A stretch of DNA of 20,000 nucleotides from an uncultured virus (IMG/VR IMGVR_UViG_3300033143_001932) (IMGVR_UViG_3300033143_001932); one strand, 5' to 3'. Positions 8,421 to 15,112 are shown, numbered from the stretch's first letter. Numbers and translations are program-made. The notes: generated by a model from the letters alone, not told the origin.

Positions 8421-8785
8421 TGATTCAATAATTTTGTTAGGTGATACGCTTGTTTTAGACTTATTGTACCTTGCTCTACAAGATACGCCTCAAGTTTTGC
8501 TTCATCTTCTTCACGCTCTTCTTTAGTACGGTCGTCAATATTAACTTGACTCTCCATTCTAAGTAGATGTTTTTGTTCTTCAGAAAGCAGATGAGTCAAT
8601 AGTCCCTGGACCGCTTCATACTTTTCAGCAGCTTCTTCTAATTGACTAATCCATTCGTCTTGTTCCTCTTCGCTTTTAAAAGGTTCGTTTGTTGCGTTGG
8701 GGTATAGTTTGGGGAAAAAAGTCACTGACCCAAATATATTGGATAAAGCGTCTTCTACTAGTTGTCTAAATTTTCTCTTTTTCAT
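8417..8785 (-). CDS. Hypothetical protein
   Basis: 122-aa helical/acidic ORF with ATGA overlaps at both ends. Confidence 0.7.
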   Translation of the reverse strand: MKKRKFRQLVEDALSNIFGSVTFFPKLYPNATNEPFKSEEEQDEWISQLEEAAEKYEAVQGLLTHLLSEEQKHLLRMESQVNIDDRTKEEREEDEAKLEAYLVEQGTISLKQAYHLTKLLNQ

Positions 8786-9048
8786 TTTGTAGTCCTTTCT
8801 ATTTTATTTAAATTATTATACACTACTATCAATCGATCTATGGTTACTTCATACTGCTTTATGTATAAGTCCCCTATCTCTTCATTAAGAGTCCCATTCT
8901 CAATGTCTTGCATTGCCCACTCTATATAATCTTGAAGGTCATTGATTGATTCGCTTACCTCAAACTTAGTCAACTCTAGCTTAGTTTGACCCATACATAC
9001 TGACATCATTCCGACCATCAGTATACTTAATGTAATTAGTTTTTTCAT
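8782..9048 (-). CDS. Exported hypothetical protein, paralog of 6858..7088
   Basis: Signal peptide MKKLITLSILMVGMMSVCMG-Q; motif QDIENGTLN...GDLY. Confidence 0.7.
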   Translation of the reverse strand: MKKLITLSILMVGMMSVCMGQTKLELTKFEVSESINDLQDYIEWAMQDIENGTLNEEIGDLYIKQYEVTIDRLIVVYNNLNKIERTTK

Positions 9049-9254
9049 CTTAGCATTGTTCCGTAACCTTTTCGTCTTGTCATTTTTGCTATTGTTTCAG
9101 CATCTTCTCTTGACAATATCTCTATACTGTTACCTGTTTTATGATTAATAACTGGTGAACAACCGTACTTTTGCACAGTTGAACACTTAACACATACTTT
9201 ATACCCCAAGTCTATCCGTCCTTGAGGTATTACTTGATTGCATTTACATTTCAT
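9045..9254 (-). CDS. C4 zinc-finger protein, TraR/DksA-like
   Basis: CxC...IP.GR...G...CV.C pattern. Confidence 0.6.
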   Translation of the reverse strand: MKCKCNQVIPQGRIDLGYKVCVKCSTVQKYGCSPVINHKTGNSIEILSREDAETIAKMTRRKGYGTMLR

Positions 9255-9265
9255 TTCTTCATAAT

Positions 9266-9445
9266 CTAATTTTGCTTGATTAGTCTTAGTTCTTCTTTTT
9301 CAACAAAATCAGCCACAGCTCCTACACTAAATGGTTGGTTTTTTTCGACTAAATCATCTATTGCTTGTCGGACTATACGCCCATGAGTTTTAAGCATTAT
9401 TTCATTGAAGTGATCTTCGTTAAGTTGTTTTTTATTTTTCGGCAT
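9266..9445 (-). CDS. Hypothetical protein (59 aa, MPKNKKQLNEDHFNEIML...)
   Basis: Translated by hand; leader AAATGTTATG. Confidence 0.6.
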   Translation of the reverse strand: MPKNKKQLNEDHFNEIMLKTHGRIVRQAIDDLVEKNQPFSVGAVADFVEKEELRLIKQN

Positions 9446-9599
9446 AACATTTTTTTAGCTCAATAAACCCATCTTTAAGGACGGTTAGTTCATTGAATAG
9501 TTCAACATAAAAAGGTTCTGATAGTCTAAAGGCTCGGTGGGCTACATAATCAATATGTTTAGCCCACGCCTTAAGGTTTTTGATTGGCTCTACTACCAT
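9432..9599 (-). CDS. Hypothetical protein (55 aa, MVVEPIKNLKAWAKHIDY...)
   Basis: Translated by hand; short overlaps with both neighbours. Confidence 0.55.
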   Translation of the reverse strand: MVVEPIKNLKAWAKHIDYVAHRAFRLSEPFYVELFNELTVLKDGFIELKKCYAEK

Positions 9600-9808
9600 C
9601 CTTTTGTTTCCTTTAATTTAGCTATTTTTTGATTAATCTTTTCGCTAGAGTTTAACACCTTTCTTTTATAGGCTGCTCTTTCTTTAGCTTTTAAAACTTT
9701 CCTAGCTTCGCCTACAGTTAAGCTTTTTGTGTTCATAATTTCTCTTAACTTGTCGTATTTTGCAATACCGTCCCAAACTTGTTTAGATATTCTTTCGTTT
9801 TGTGTCAT
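9593..9808 (-). CDS. Basic hypothetical protein
   Basis: Likely start is MTQNERIS at 9808, preceded by the shared AATAAATATGTTATG leader. An in-frame upstream start is possible. Confidence 0.6.
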   Translation of the reverse strand: MTQNERISKQVWDGIAKYDKLREIMNTKSLTVGEARKVLKAKERAAYKRKVLNSSEKINQKIAKLKETKGW

Positions 9809-9897
9809 AACATATTTATTTAAAAAACGGTTGCATTTGAAACGTAGCAACCTCCACGCCAATTTATTTATGTAAATGAATTCTTCTGTTCTAGTCA

Positions 9898-10143
9898 TTA
9901 TCCAAGGTTTTTGAATTCCCACTGGACCAGCTTCTCCATTCGTTTATTGTGTAATATTTTCTTTGCTTTATCGAAAGTACAGTCGTATATCTTTTGACAC
10001 ATCTTAATACTTTCTAAATATGAAGTCATATCTCCCTCACCTAAATCTTTACTTTGTTTTGTTGTTTCAGCTATCAGCTGTTGCTCTTCCTCGCAAACGA
10101 ACTGTCTAACAGTCGGTCTGCGTCTTTTGTTTGTGTTTGTCAT
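9898..10143 (-). CDS. Hypothetical protein
   Basis: 81-aa ORF. Confidence 0.7.
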   Translation of the reverse strand: MTNTNKRRRPTVRQFVCEEEQQLIAETTKQSKDLGEGDMTSYLESIKMCQKIYDCTFDKAKKILHNKRMEKLVQWEFKNLG

Positions 10144-10160
10144 AATATGTTTTTAATATT

Positions 10161-10562
10161 TTAATAGAACCAACCCTGATGATAACAATCTTCAGGTCTT
10201 TCGTTTACCCATTCAGATATTGGGTTTCTAACTACATTAGGCACAAGTCCTTCAGGCATTTGCTCAAGTATTTGGTCGTAGGTGTAGCTATTTTTGTTTA
10301 AAAATTCTTCGTGCTGGTAATACAGTTTACGCTTTTCTTCCGGTGTCTTAACGAGATCTATCTCGGACCAAATTCTTCTTGATTCTTTGAATGTTTTTCT
10401 AGTCATAAACCTACCATATCCGTCATAAACTCCTCCATAAGTGTTACCTAAATGGTCTATTATATATGCAGTTTTAGTGAATGGCTCGCTCGGTGTTCCT
10501 TCATAGTATTGATTCGTTACCGATTCGTTAGTGTCTTGTGTTATGTAGCTAAAAAATCCCAT
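10161..10562 (-). CDS. Conserved phage hypothetical protein
   Basis: MGFFS..TQDT.ES, YDGYG.F and C-terminal QGWFY motifs. Confidence 0.75.
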   Translation of the reverse strand: MGFFSYITQDTNESVTNQYYEGTPSEPFTKTAYIIDHLGNTYGGVYDGYGRFMTRKTFKESRRIWSEIDLVKTPEEKRKLYYQHEEFLNKNSYTYDQILEQMPEGLVPNVVRNPISEWVNERPEDCYHQGWFY

Positions 10563-10577
10563 TTTACTTTCCTCCTT

Positions 10578-10679
10578 TTAAAATTGGTTTGTAATATACA
10601 TTAAGAATATGTGTAGCATTACAGCTACTGTAGCACCGATCAGCGCCACTACTCCATCATTGTTTAATAACTCTTTCAT
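10578..10679 (-). CDS. Single-TM microprotein (33 aa, MKELLNNDGVVALIGATVAVMLHIFLMYITNQF)
   Basis: Translated by hand. Has the same 20-nt leader/start as 10161..10562. Confidence 0.65.
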   Translation of the reverse strand: MKELLNNDGVVALIGATVAVMLHIFLMYITNQF

Positions 10680-10696
10680 TTTACTTTCCTCCTTTT

Positions 10697-10891
10697 TTAA
10701 TTGATTAATCTCATTATTTCGTACACATCTGTAGTTGCATACTGTTTCTTTTTTAGTTCTATAAACCCTTCAGCTTTTAGAAGTTTTTGGTGGTATCTCT
10801 TTCTTTGTTCGATATTGAATATATTGTAGTATAACACTACTAATCTATTAGCTTCTTTAAGCTGGTCGAGTTCTGTTTTAAATTGTGCCAT
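10697..10891 (-). CDS. Hypothetical protein
   Basis: 64-aa ORF; leader AAGTAAAATG. Confidence 0.65.
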   Translation of the reverse strand: MAQFKTELDQLKEANRLVVLYYNIFNIEQRKRYHQKLLKAEGFIELKKKQYATTDVYEIMRLIN

Positions 10892-10892
10892 T

Positions 10893-10991
10893 TTACTTAT
10901 TTAATGATTTAATAAATTGTCTTAACTGATTCACTCTAACATTAGAGCTGTCATTAAGAGCTTCTTTGATTTGCTGTTGTATTTTGTCCAT
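10893..10991 (-). CDS. Microprotein (32 aa, MDKIQQQIKEALNDSSNVRVNQLRQFIKSLNK)
   Basis: Translated by hand. ATG lies 2 nt after the 3' end of the tRNA-like element; the stop lies 1 nt before the next start. Confidence 0.55.
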   Translation of the reverse strand: MDKIQQQIKEALNDSSNVRVNQLRQFIKSLNK

Positions 10992-10993
10992 AG

Positions 10994-11055
10994 TGGCAAT
11001 ACAGAGAATCGAACTCCGTTACCTATTATTTCAGTTTGTCAACCTGACTATTGCC
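10994..11055 (-). ncRNA. tRNA-like element (acceptor stem and T arm, no proper anticodon arm)
   Basis: GGCAATA/TATTGCC 7-bp acceptor stem plus discriminator A; T arm CGGAG-TTCGATT-CTCTG; only 30 nt between the acceptor 5' strand and the T arm. Confidence 0.7.
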
Positions 11056-11058
11056 AAT

Positions 11059-11093
11059 AAAAAAAGAGGGCAACTTTTATTGTTACCCTCTTT
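11059..11093 (-). terminator. Intrinsic terminator
   Basis: AAAGAGGGTAAC-AATAAAA-GTTGCCCTC followed by T7. One pair works only as G-U on the - strand. Confidence 0.8.
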
Positions 11094-11792
11094 AGTTTTA
11101 TCTCCTTATCCATCATTGTCATATATCCGACCTCAGTCTTAATTTTTGACTTAGATATAATTTAACTTTTGAACAGGATCTGCTCTCCTTATTTATAAAC
11201 ACAACCTAGCAGTTGATAGGAAGCTTAGTATTTCGGCAGTTTTTACCTGCTTTACCCACTTACCAAATATTTCAATTCAGTTGTCTTTAAACATAGGGTG
11301 CAACTTTACACAATGCGCCTCGCTTTACGTGTTTTCGCTATATATTTAACCAGCTCCTGATCGAAAAATCAGTCCATACCTTAGACCTCAGTTCTAGTTA
11401 AACTCTCTGCTTCTTTAGTCCATTTATGCGCACTACTCGAACGCTTTCGCACTCAAAACTTACCTAAATTGCATCTCTAGACATACATACCTGCCTAGAT
11501 GGTTTTTAAACTTTCAAAGGGTTAAATAAAACGTGCTGAATTGTTATTGAATTCGCCATTTAAACAACTATAAGAACGCTTATAAATGCTGCTAAATGCT
11601 TTACGGTAGAGGTTCTAACATTAAGACCTTAAGAACGCTTAAAATCTGTCAGATTTGCTACAATTAACCTTTGAATTAACGCCCAATTAAAAGGGCGTTA
11701 AACGCTTAATTAAAAAAGATATAAAGAACTATTTGCCGTCAACACTCAGTTAAAAAACTGTCAACCCTTCGGAAGTTGAAATGGTGTTTTAC
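11094..11792 (-). ncRNA. Candidate large structured non-coding RNA (~700 nt)
   Basis: No ORF of 60 aa or more in an otherwise gene-dense genome; more than 10 hairpins and long-range helices; G-U pairs favour the - strand. Confidence 0.6.
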
Positions 11793-11817
11793 AAAAAGGG
11801 GGCTATTTTGCCCCCTT
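11793..11817 (-). terminator. Intrinsic terminator after 11822..12253
   Basis: GGGGGC-AAAATA-GCCCCC followed by TTTTT. Confidence 0.75.
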
Positions 11818-11821
11818 ATAT

Positions 11822-12253
11822 TTATTTAGAATTCTTTGATAGTCTGCTCAATACGTTGCAAACTTGGTGAGTAGAAAAATACTCTTTTTTAACATCTGTA
11901 ATAGTGTACTTATTACCCTCTTTTACGCTTTTAAACCTTTCGTATCTAGTCAAATTAGATAAGAAAGACTTAACCGTTAACGCTGAGATATTTAACTTTG
12001 ATTTGTTGCTCTTATTCAGGTAATCAATAAACGCTTGCGTTTGCTCTAATCCCTCACCTTTACAGAATTTAACTATCCCGTTTGCGCTCCTAGTAGTTTC
12101 TAGGTATTTGCTTTTTACAATTCTTCTCAATTGTACGTTTTCGTTGATTTTAGGTGTTTTTTTAGTTGACTTTGCACCTGATAAACTAACTTCTTCTGTT
12201 GTTGTTCTTTTACTATTCTTCGAAGAAACAACGCTTTTTATTTGTGTTTTCAT
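11822..12253 (-). CDS. Basic (Lys/Ser-rich) hypothetical protein, first gene of the - strand arm
   Basis: 143-aa ORF with its own promoter and terminator. Confidence 0.8.
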   Translation of the reverse strand: MKTQIKSVVSSKNSKRTTTEEVSLSGAKSTKKTPKINENVQLRRIVKSKYLETTRSANGIVKFCKGEGLEQTQAFIDYLNKSNKSKLNISALTVKSFLSNLTRYERFKSVKEGNKYTITDVKKEYFSTHQVCNVLSRLSKNSK

Positions 12254-12257
12254 ATTG

Positions 12258-12289
12258 CAATAATACGTTATAAATATTTAATAAACAAA
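12258..12289 (-). promoter_or_regulatory. Bacteroidota sigma-type promoter (-33 TTTG / -7 TATTATTG)
   Basis: TTTG-N20-TATTATTG, one mismatch to TAnnTTTG. It ends 4 nt before the ATG, so the mRNA may be leaderless. Confidence 0.55.
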
Positions 12290-12367
12290 TTATTTACAAG
12301 TTTTTTTTATTTTATTTACATTTTACTGAGGTAATTAAGGGGACAACAAAGAGTTAATAAGACAATA

Positions 12368-12710
12368 GAAAGGTTTTAAGAGGGTTTAAAAGGGTTGAAA
12401 TGTTAAGGGGTTTAAAGAGGGGTTAAGGGTGTTATCCCTTTGCTTAAAGGGTGCAAGGGTTAAGAGTTTAATGAAGGGTAAAGGGGGACGGGGTACGGGT
12501 ACGGGGTTGAGTATTGCAGTAATGAGGGGGGGGAGTTAGTGTGATCACGCGCGCGCGTGTCCACGCGTTAGCGCGCAAGCGCGCGAGTGCGTGCGAGGTG
12601 TGCGAAAACGTGAAAAAGTTCGGGCGAAATTTTTTAAAAAAAGAACCCCCCTTGTTTTTTAAATCGTTTTTCTGGTGGGGTCGAGTCGTCAGCGCGTGGG
12701 GGTCATCCCC
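12368..12710. repeat. G-skewed AAGGG(T/G)TT-like repeats, G-tracts and CG-alternating tract at the divergence point
   Basis: About 10 degenerate AGGG(G)TT/AAGGGT units at 12370-12490; G5-G4-G3-G4 at 12483-12506; palindrome CACGCGCGCGCGTG at 12546-12559. Confidence 0.75.
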
Positions 12711-12740
12711 TGGTTATATGTATGTGATAAAATTTTTTGC

Positions 12741-12748
12741 TATCTTTG
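12741..12748 (+). promoter_or_regulatory. -7 promoter box TATCTTTG
   Basis: Matches TAnnTTTG; 16 nt before ATG 12765. Confidence 0.65.
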
Positions 12749-12764
12749 TTATAAACTATACAAC

Positions 12765-12977
12765 ATGAAAAAGATTAGACGAAAAAAGAATTTAAGCTAC
12801 GATCACGATTATACTATAAAGAAAGGTAGACTTATTAATAATGCTCCAGAAACAACAACAGGACTTTGGAAGGAAGCACAAAGAAGAAAGGCTATGAAAA
12901 GAGCTGACAAGGTTAGGATGATAGCTGAAGCAAACGAACTAGCTAACATGAATATAGACCTATTTAAAAAAATATAA
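12765..12977 (+). CDS. Basic hypothetical protein (70 aa, MKKIRRKK...)
   Basis: Start reassigned to the ATG downstream of the promoter; followed by a terminator. Confidence 0.7.
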   Translation: MKKIRRKKNLSYDHDYTIKKGRLINNAPETTTGLWKEAQRRKAMKRADKVRMIAEANELANMNIDLFKKI

Positions 12978-13009
12978 CGATTTCTTTTCTCCATAGTTCG
13001 TCTAAAATC

Positions 13010-13041
13010 GGGAACGTTTTCACTCAGCGTTCCCTTTTTTT
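13010..13041 (+). terminator. Intrinsic terminator
   Basis: GGGAACG...CGTTCCC followed by T7. Confidence 0.8.
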
Positions 13042-13218
13042 ATGTTATAAATCTAAGTTTTATGTTGGTTTTATGTTATAAATTCAAAGCTAACTTGTTG
13101 TAAACCAATAGTATATGTTACCATGTTACTTTCTACTCACACCCGTTAAGTATAAAAAAATAAAAAGTATAAAAAAAAATAAAAGTGATATAGGTACGGA
13201 AAACCAACATTCCAACAT
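13038..13218. repeat. Cluster of ATGTT-core direct and inverted repeats with an A-rich spacer
   Basis: TTTTATGTTATAAAT x2 (13038, 13069), TTTTATGTTGG (13058), ATGTTAC x2 (13115, 13123), inverted CCAACAT x2 (13204, 13212). Confidence 0.65.
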
Positions 13219-13241
13219 TTTGCTACTCTTCATATTTTGCG

Positions 13242-13249
13242 TAGATTTG
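13242..13249 (+). promoter_or_regulatory. -7 promoter box TAGATTTG for groEL
   Basis: Matches TAnnTTTG; 28 nt before ATG 13278. Confidence 0.6.
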
Positions 13250-13277
13250 TATTAACAATAAACTACAATACAATACA

Positions 13278-14849
13278 ATGATAGTAAAAGATATTAGCTT
13301 TGGCGATGAAGCTAGAGGTGCCTTAATCGCAGGCATAAACAAAATCGCTAATGCTGTAAAAAGCACACTAGGTGCGCGAGGTCGCACAGTCTTAATTGAA
13401 TCAACTGAGCACATAGGCGGTATAACGGTAACAAAGGATGGAGTAACTGTTGCTAACAGCATCAACCTTATGGACCCGACTGAAAATTTAGCTGTAGTAA
13501 TGATGCGTCAAGCTGCATCCAAGACAGCTAGTGAAGCTGGTGACGGAACGACTACAGCTATAGTGTTAGCTCAAGCATTGATCCATGAAGCTCAAACACG
13601 TATAAAGCCGGAGATGAACTTGACTCAGATTATGAGAGCTATTCAATCTAGTTCGGATTACATACTAAAGCTATTAACTGACATGTCGGACCAGGTGAAT
13701 GAGGATAGGCTGCTAGATGTCGCCTCTATTTCAGCTAATAATGATTCGGAGATTGGGGAAATAATATACAACGCTTACAATAATGTAGGTAAGCATGGAG
13801 TGGTGACGGTAGAGAATGCGCAAGGGTCTGAGACTTATTGCACAGTTAGTGAAGGTATGCGTATAGCCCGTGGGTATTTGTCTAGGTATTTTATAACTAA
13901 CAAGAAAACCAGTGAATGCGTTTTGGAGAAACCATACATCTTAGTTCTTGATCAAGAGGTTGAGCAGTTCGGGAATATTGAACAGGTCCTGGCTGATGTG
14001 TACAAAGAAGGGCGTTCCATACTAATCATTTCTAACTTAAGTCCAAACATTATAAACACACTAAACCTCAACCGAGCTAGAAATGGTTTAAAGGTTTGTG
14101 CTATTCAACCACCGCAGTTTGGTTGGAAGTCAAACGAGCTGATGGAGGATATAGCGATAGCAACTGGCGCAACATATTTTAGTGAGTCGACTGGCGACAA
14201 TCTACAATCAGTCTCCATAGCCGATCTTGGTTTCTGTGATAAAGTAATCGTAGACCAAACACATACCATACTAGTGCGAAACGAGGACAATGACCAAGTG
14301 GTTAATGACCGAGTGTCCGTCCTGTGGGAAGAGCATGATAACCATAAAAATAAAGACACTCAAGAATTTATTCGCGAGCGCATAGCTGTACTGTCAGGAC
14401 GAATCGGAGTAATCCACGTAGGAGCCAATTCAGACATAGAGCAAAAAGAAAAGCGCGATAGGGTGGATGATGCTGTCTGCGCGACTCGCGCAGCACTGGA
14501 GGACGGAATTCTCTCCGGAGGTGGTGTCGCACTTAGGGACATCTCCACAAAGGTTGGCTCTCAAAAAGGATCATGTGAAGAAGATCAGGTCGCTTACGCA
14601 ATTTTAGAAAAAGCACTGCGTGCTCCTTATAATCAAATATTAGCCAATGCGGGTCTGGACTATCCAGCACCCTCTGGACAAAGAAAGGGCTACGGCATAA
14701 ATGTCAAGACTATGAAAAGTGGGAACATGCGTAAGCTAGGCATCATTGACCCAACTAAAGTAACAAAGAGTGCTATAGTAAATGCGATATCTGTAGCTAC
14801 AACTATCCTATCAACTAATGCTATAATAACAAACATAAGACAACAATGA
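13278..14849 (+). CDS. groEL: Phage chaperonin GroEL (Cpn60)
   Basis: Motifs AVKSTLG, VTKDGVTVA, AGDGTTTA, ISANND, KEKRDRVDDA and GIIDPTKV; no C-terminal GGM tail. Confidence 0.97.
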   Translation: MIVKDISFGDEARGALIAGINKIANAVKSTLGARGRTVLIESTEHIGGITVTKDGVTVANSINLMDPTENLAVVMMRQAASKTASEAGDGTTTAIVLAQALIHEAQTRIKPEMNLTQIMRAIQSSSDYILKLLTDMSDQVNEDRLLDVASISANNDSEIGEIIYNAYNNVGKHGVVTVENAQGSETYCTVSEGMRIARGYLSRYFITNKKTSECVLEKPYILVLDQEVEQFGNIEQVLADVYKEGRSILIISNLSPNIINTLNLNRARNGLKVCAIQPPQFGWKSNELMEDIAIATGATYFSESTGDNLQSVSIADLGFCDKVIVDQTHTILVRNEDNDQVVNDRVSVLWEEHDNHKNKDTQEFIRERIAVLSGRIGVIHVGANSDIEQKEKRDRVDDAVCATRAALEDGILSGGGVALRDISTKVGSQKGSCEEDQVAYAILEKALRAPYNQILANAGLDYPAPSGQRKGYGINVKTMKSGNMRKLGIIDPTKVTKSAIVNAISVATTILSTNAIITNIRQQ

Positions 14850-15103
14850 AAGCAATAGGTAAATATTTGCTGATTGAATCTCAAGCAGAAGAACACACTA
14901 CCAAAAACGGATTGCTGATAACTGGAGATGATGTAGCTCAAGTTAGATATGCTCGCGGAAAAGTTATTAGTGTGGGATCGGATGTAAAACATATATCACA
15001 AGATGATATTATATATTACGACAAACGAAACACGCATATAGCAAGAATTGAAGGTGCTGCTTATCAAGTTGTTCCTGAAGCTTGTGTGGTAATTGTTTTG
15101 TAA
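14846..15103 (+). CDS. groES: Co-chaperonin GroES (Cpn10)
   Basis: 85 aa; mobile loop TTKNGLLI and GKVISVG; ATGA overlap with groEL. Confidence 0.9.
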   Translation: MKAIGKYLLIESQAEEHTTKNGLLITGDDVAQVRYARGKVISVGSDVKHISQDDIIYYDKRNTHIARIEGAAYQVVPEACVVIVL

Positions 15104-15112
15104 AAAAATACT

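Noticed and set aside
10994..11055. Functional decoding tRNA
   Set aside because: Too short, with no 5-bp stem/7-nt loop anticodon arm, so no anticodon can be assigned. Reported as tRNA-like instead.
11094..11792. tmRNA, RNase P RNA, group I/II intron, hammerhead or retron ncRNA
   Set aside because: I did not find their hallmark motifs by eye (tmRNA ends, GAGGAAAGUCC, domain V, CUGANGA/GAAA core). No gene is interrupted and no RT is nearby. An Rfam scan is still needed.
12370..12490. True telomeric repeat or eukaryotic contamination
   Set aside because: Units are degenerate and irregularly spaced, and flanked on both sides by coherent phage genes.
12541..12768. ORF 12541..12768 and the 12675 start for the next gene
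   Set aside because: They arise from the CG-rich tract (RARV-type translation). The promoter at 12741 supports ATG 12765.
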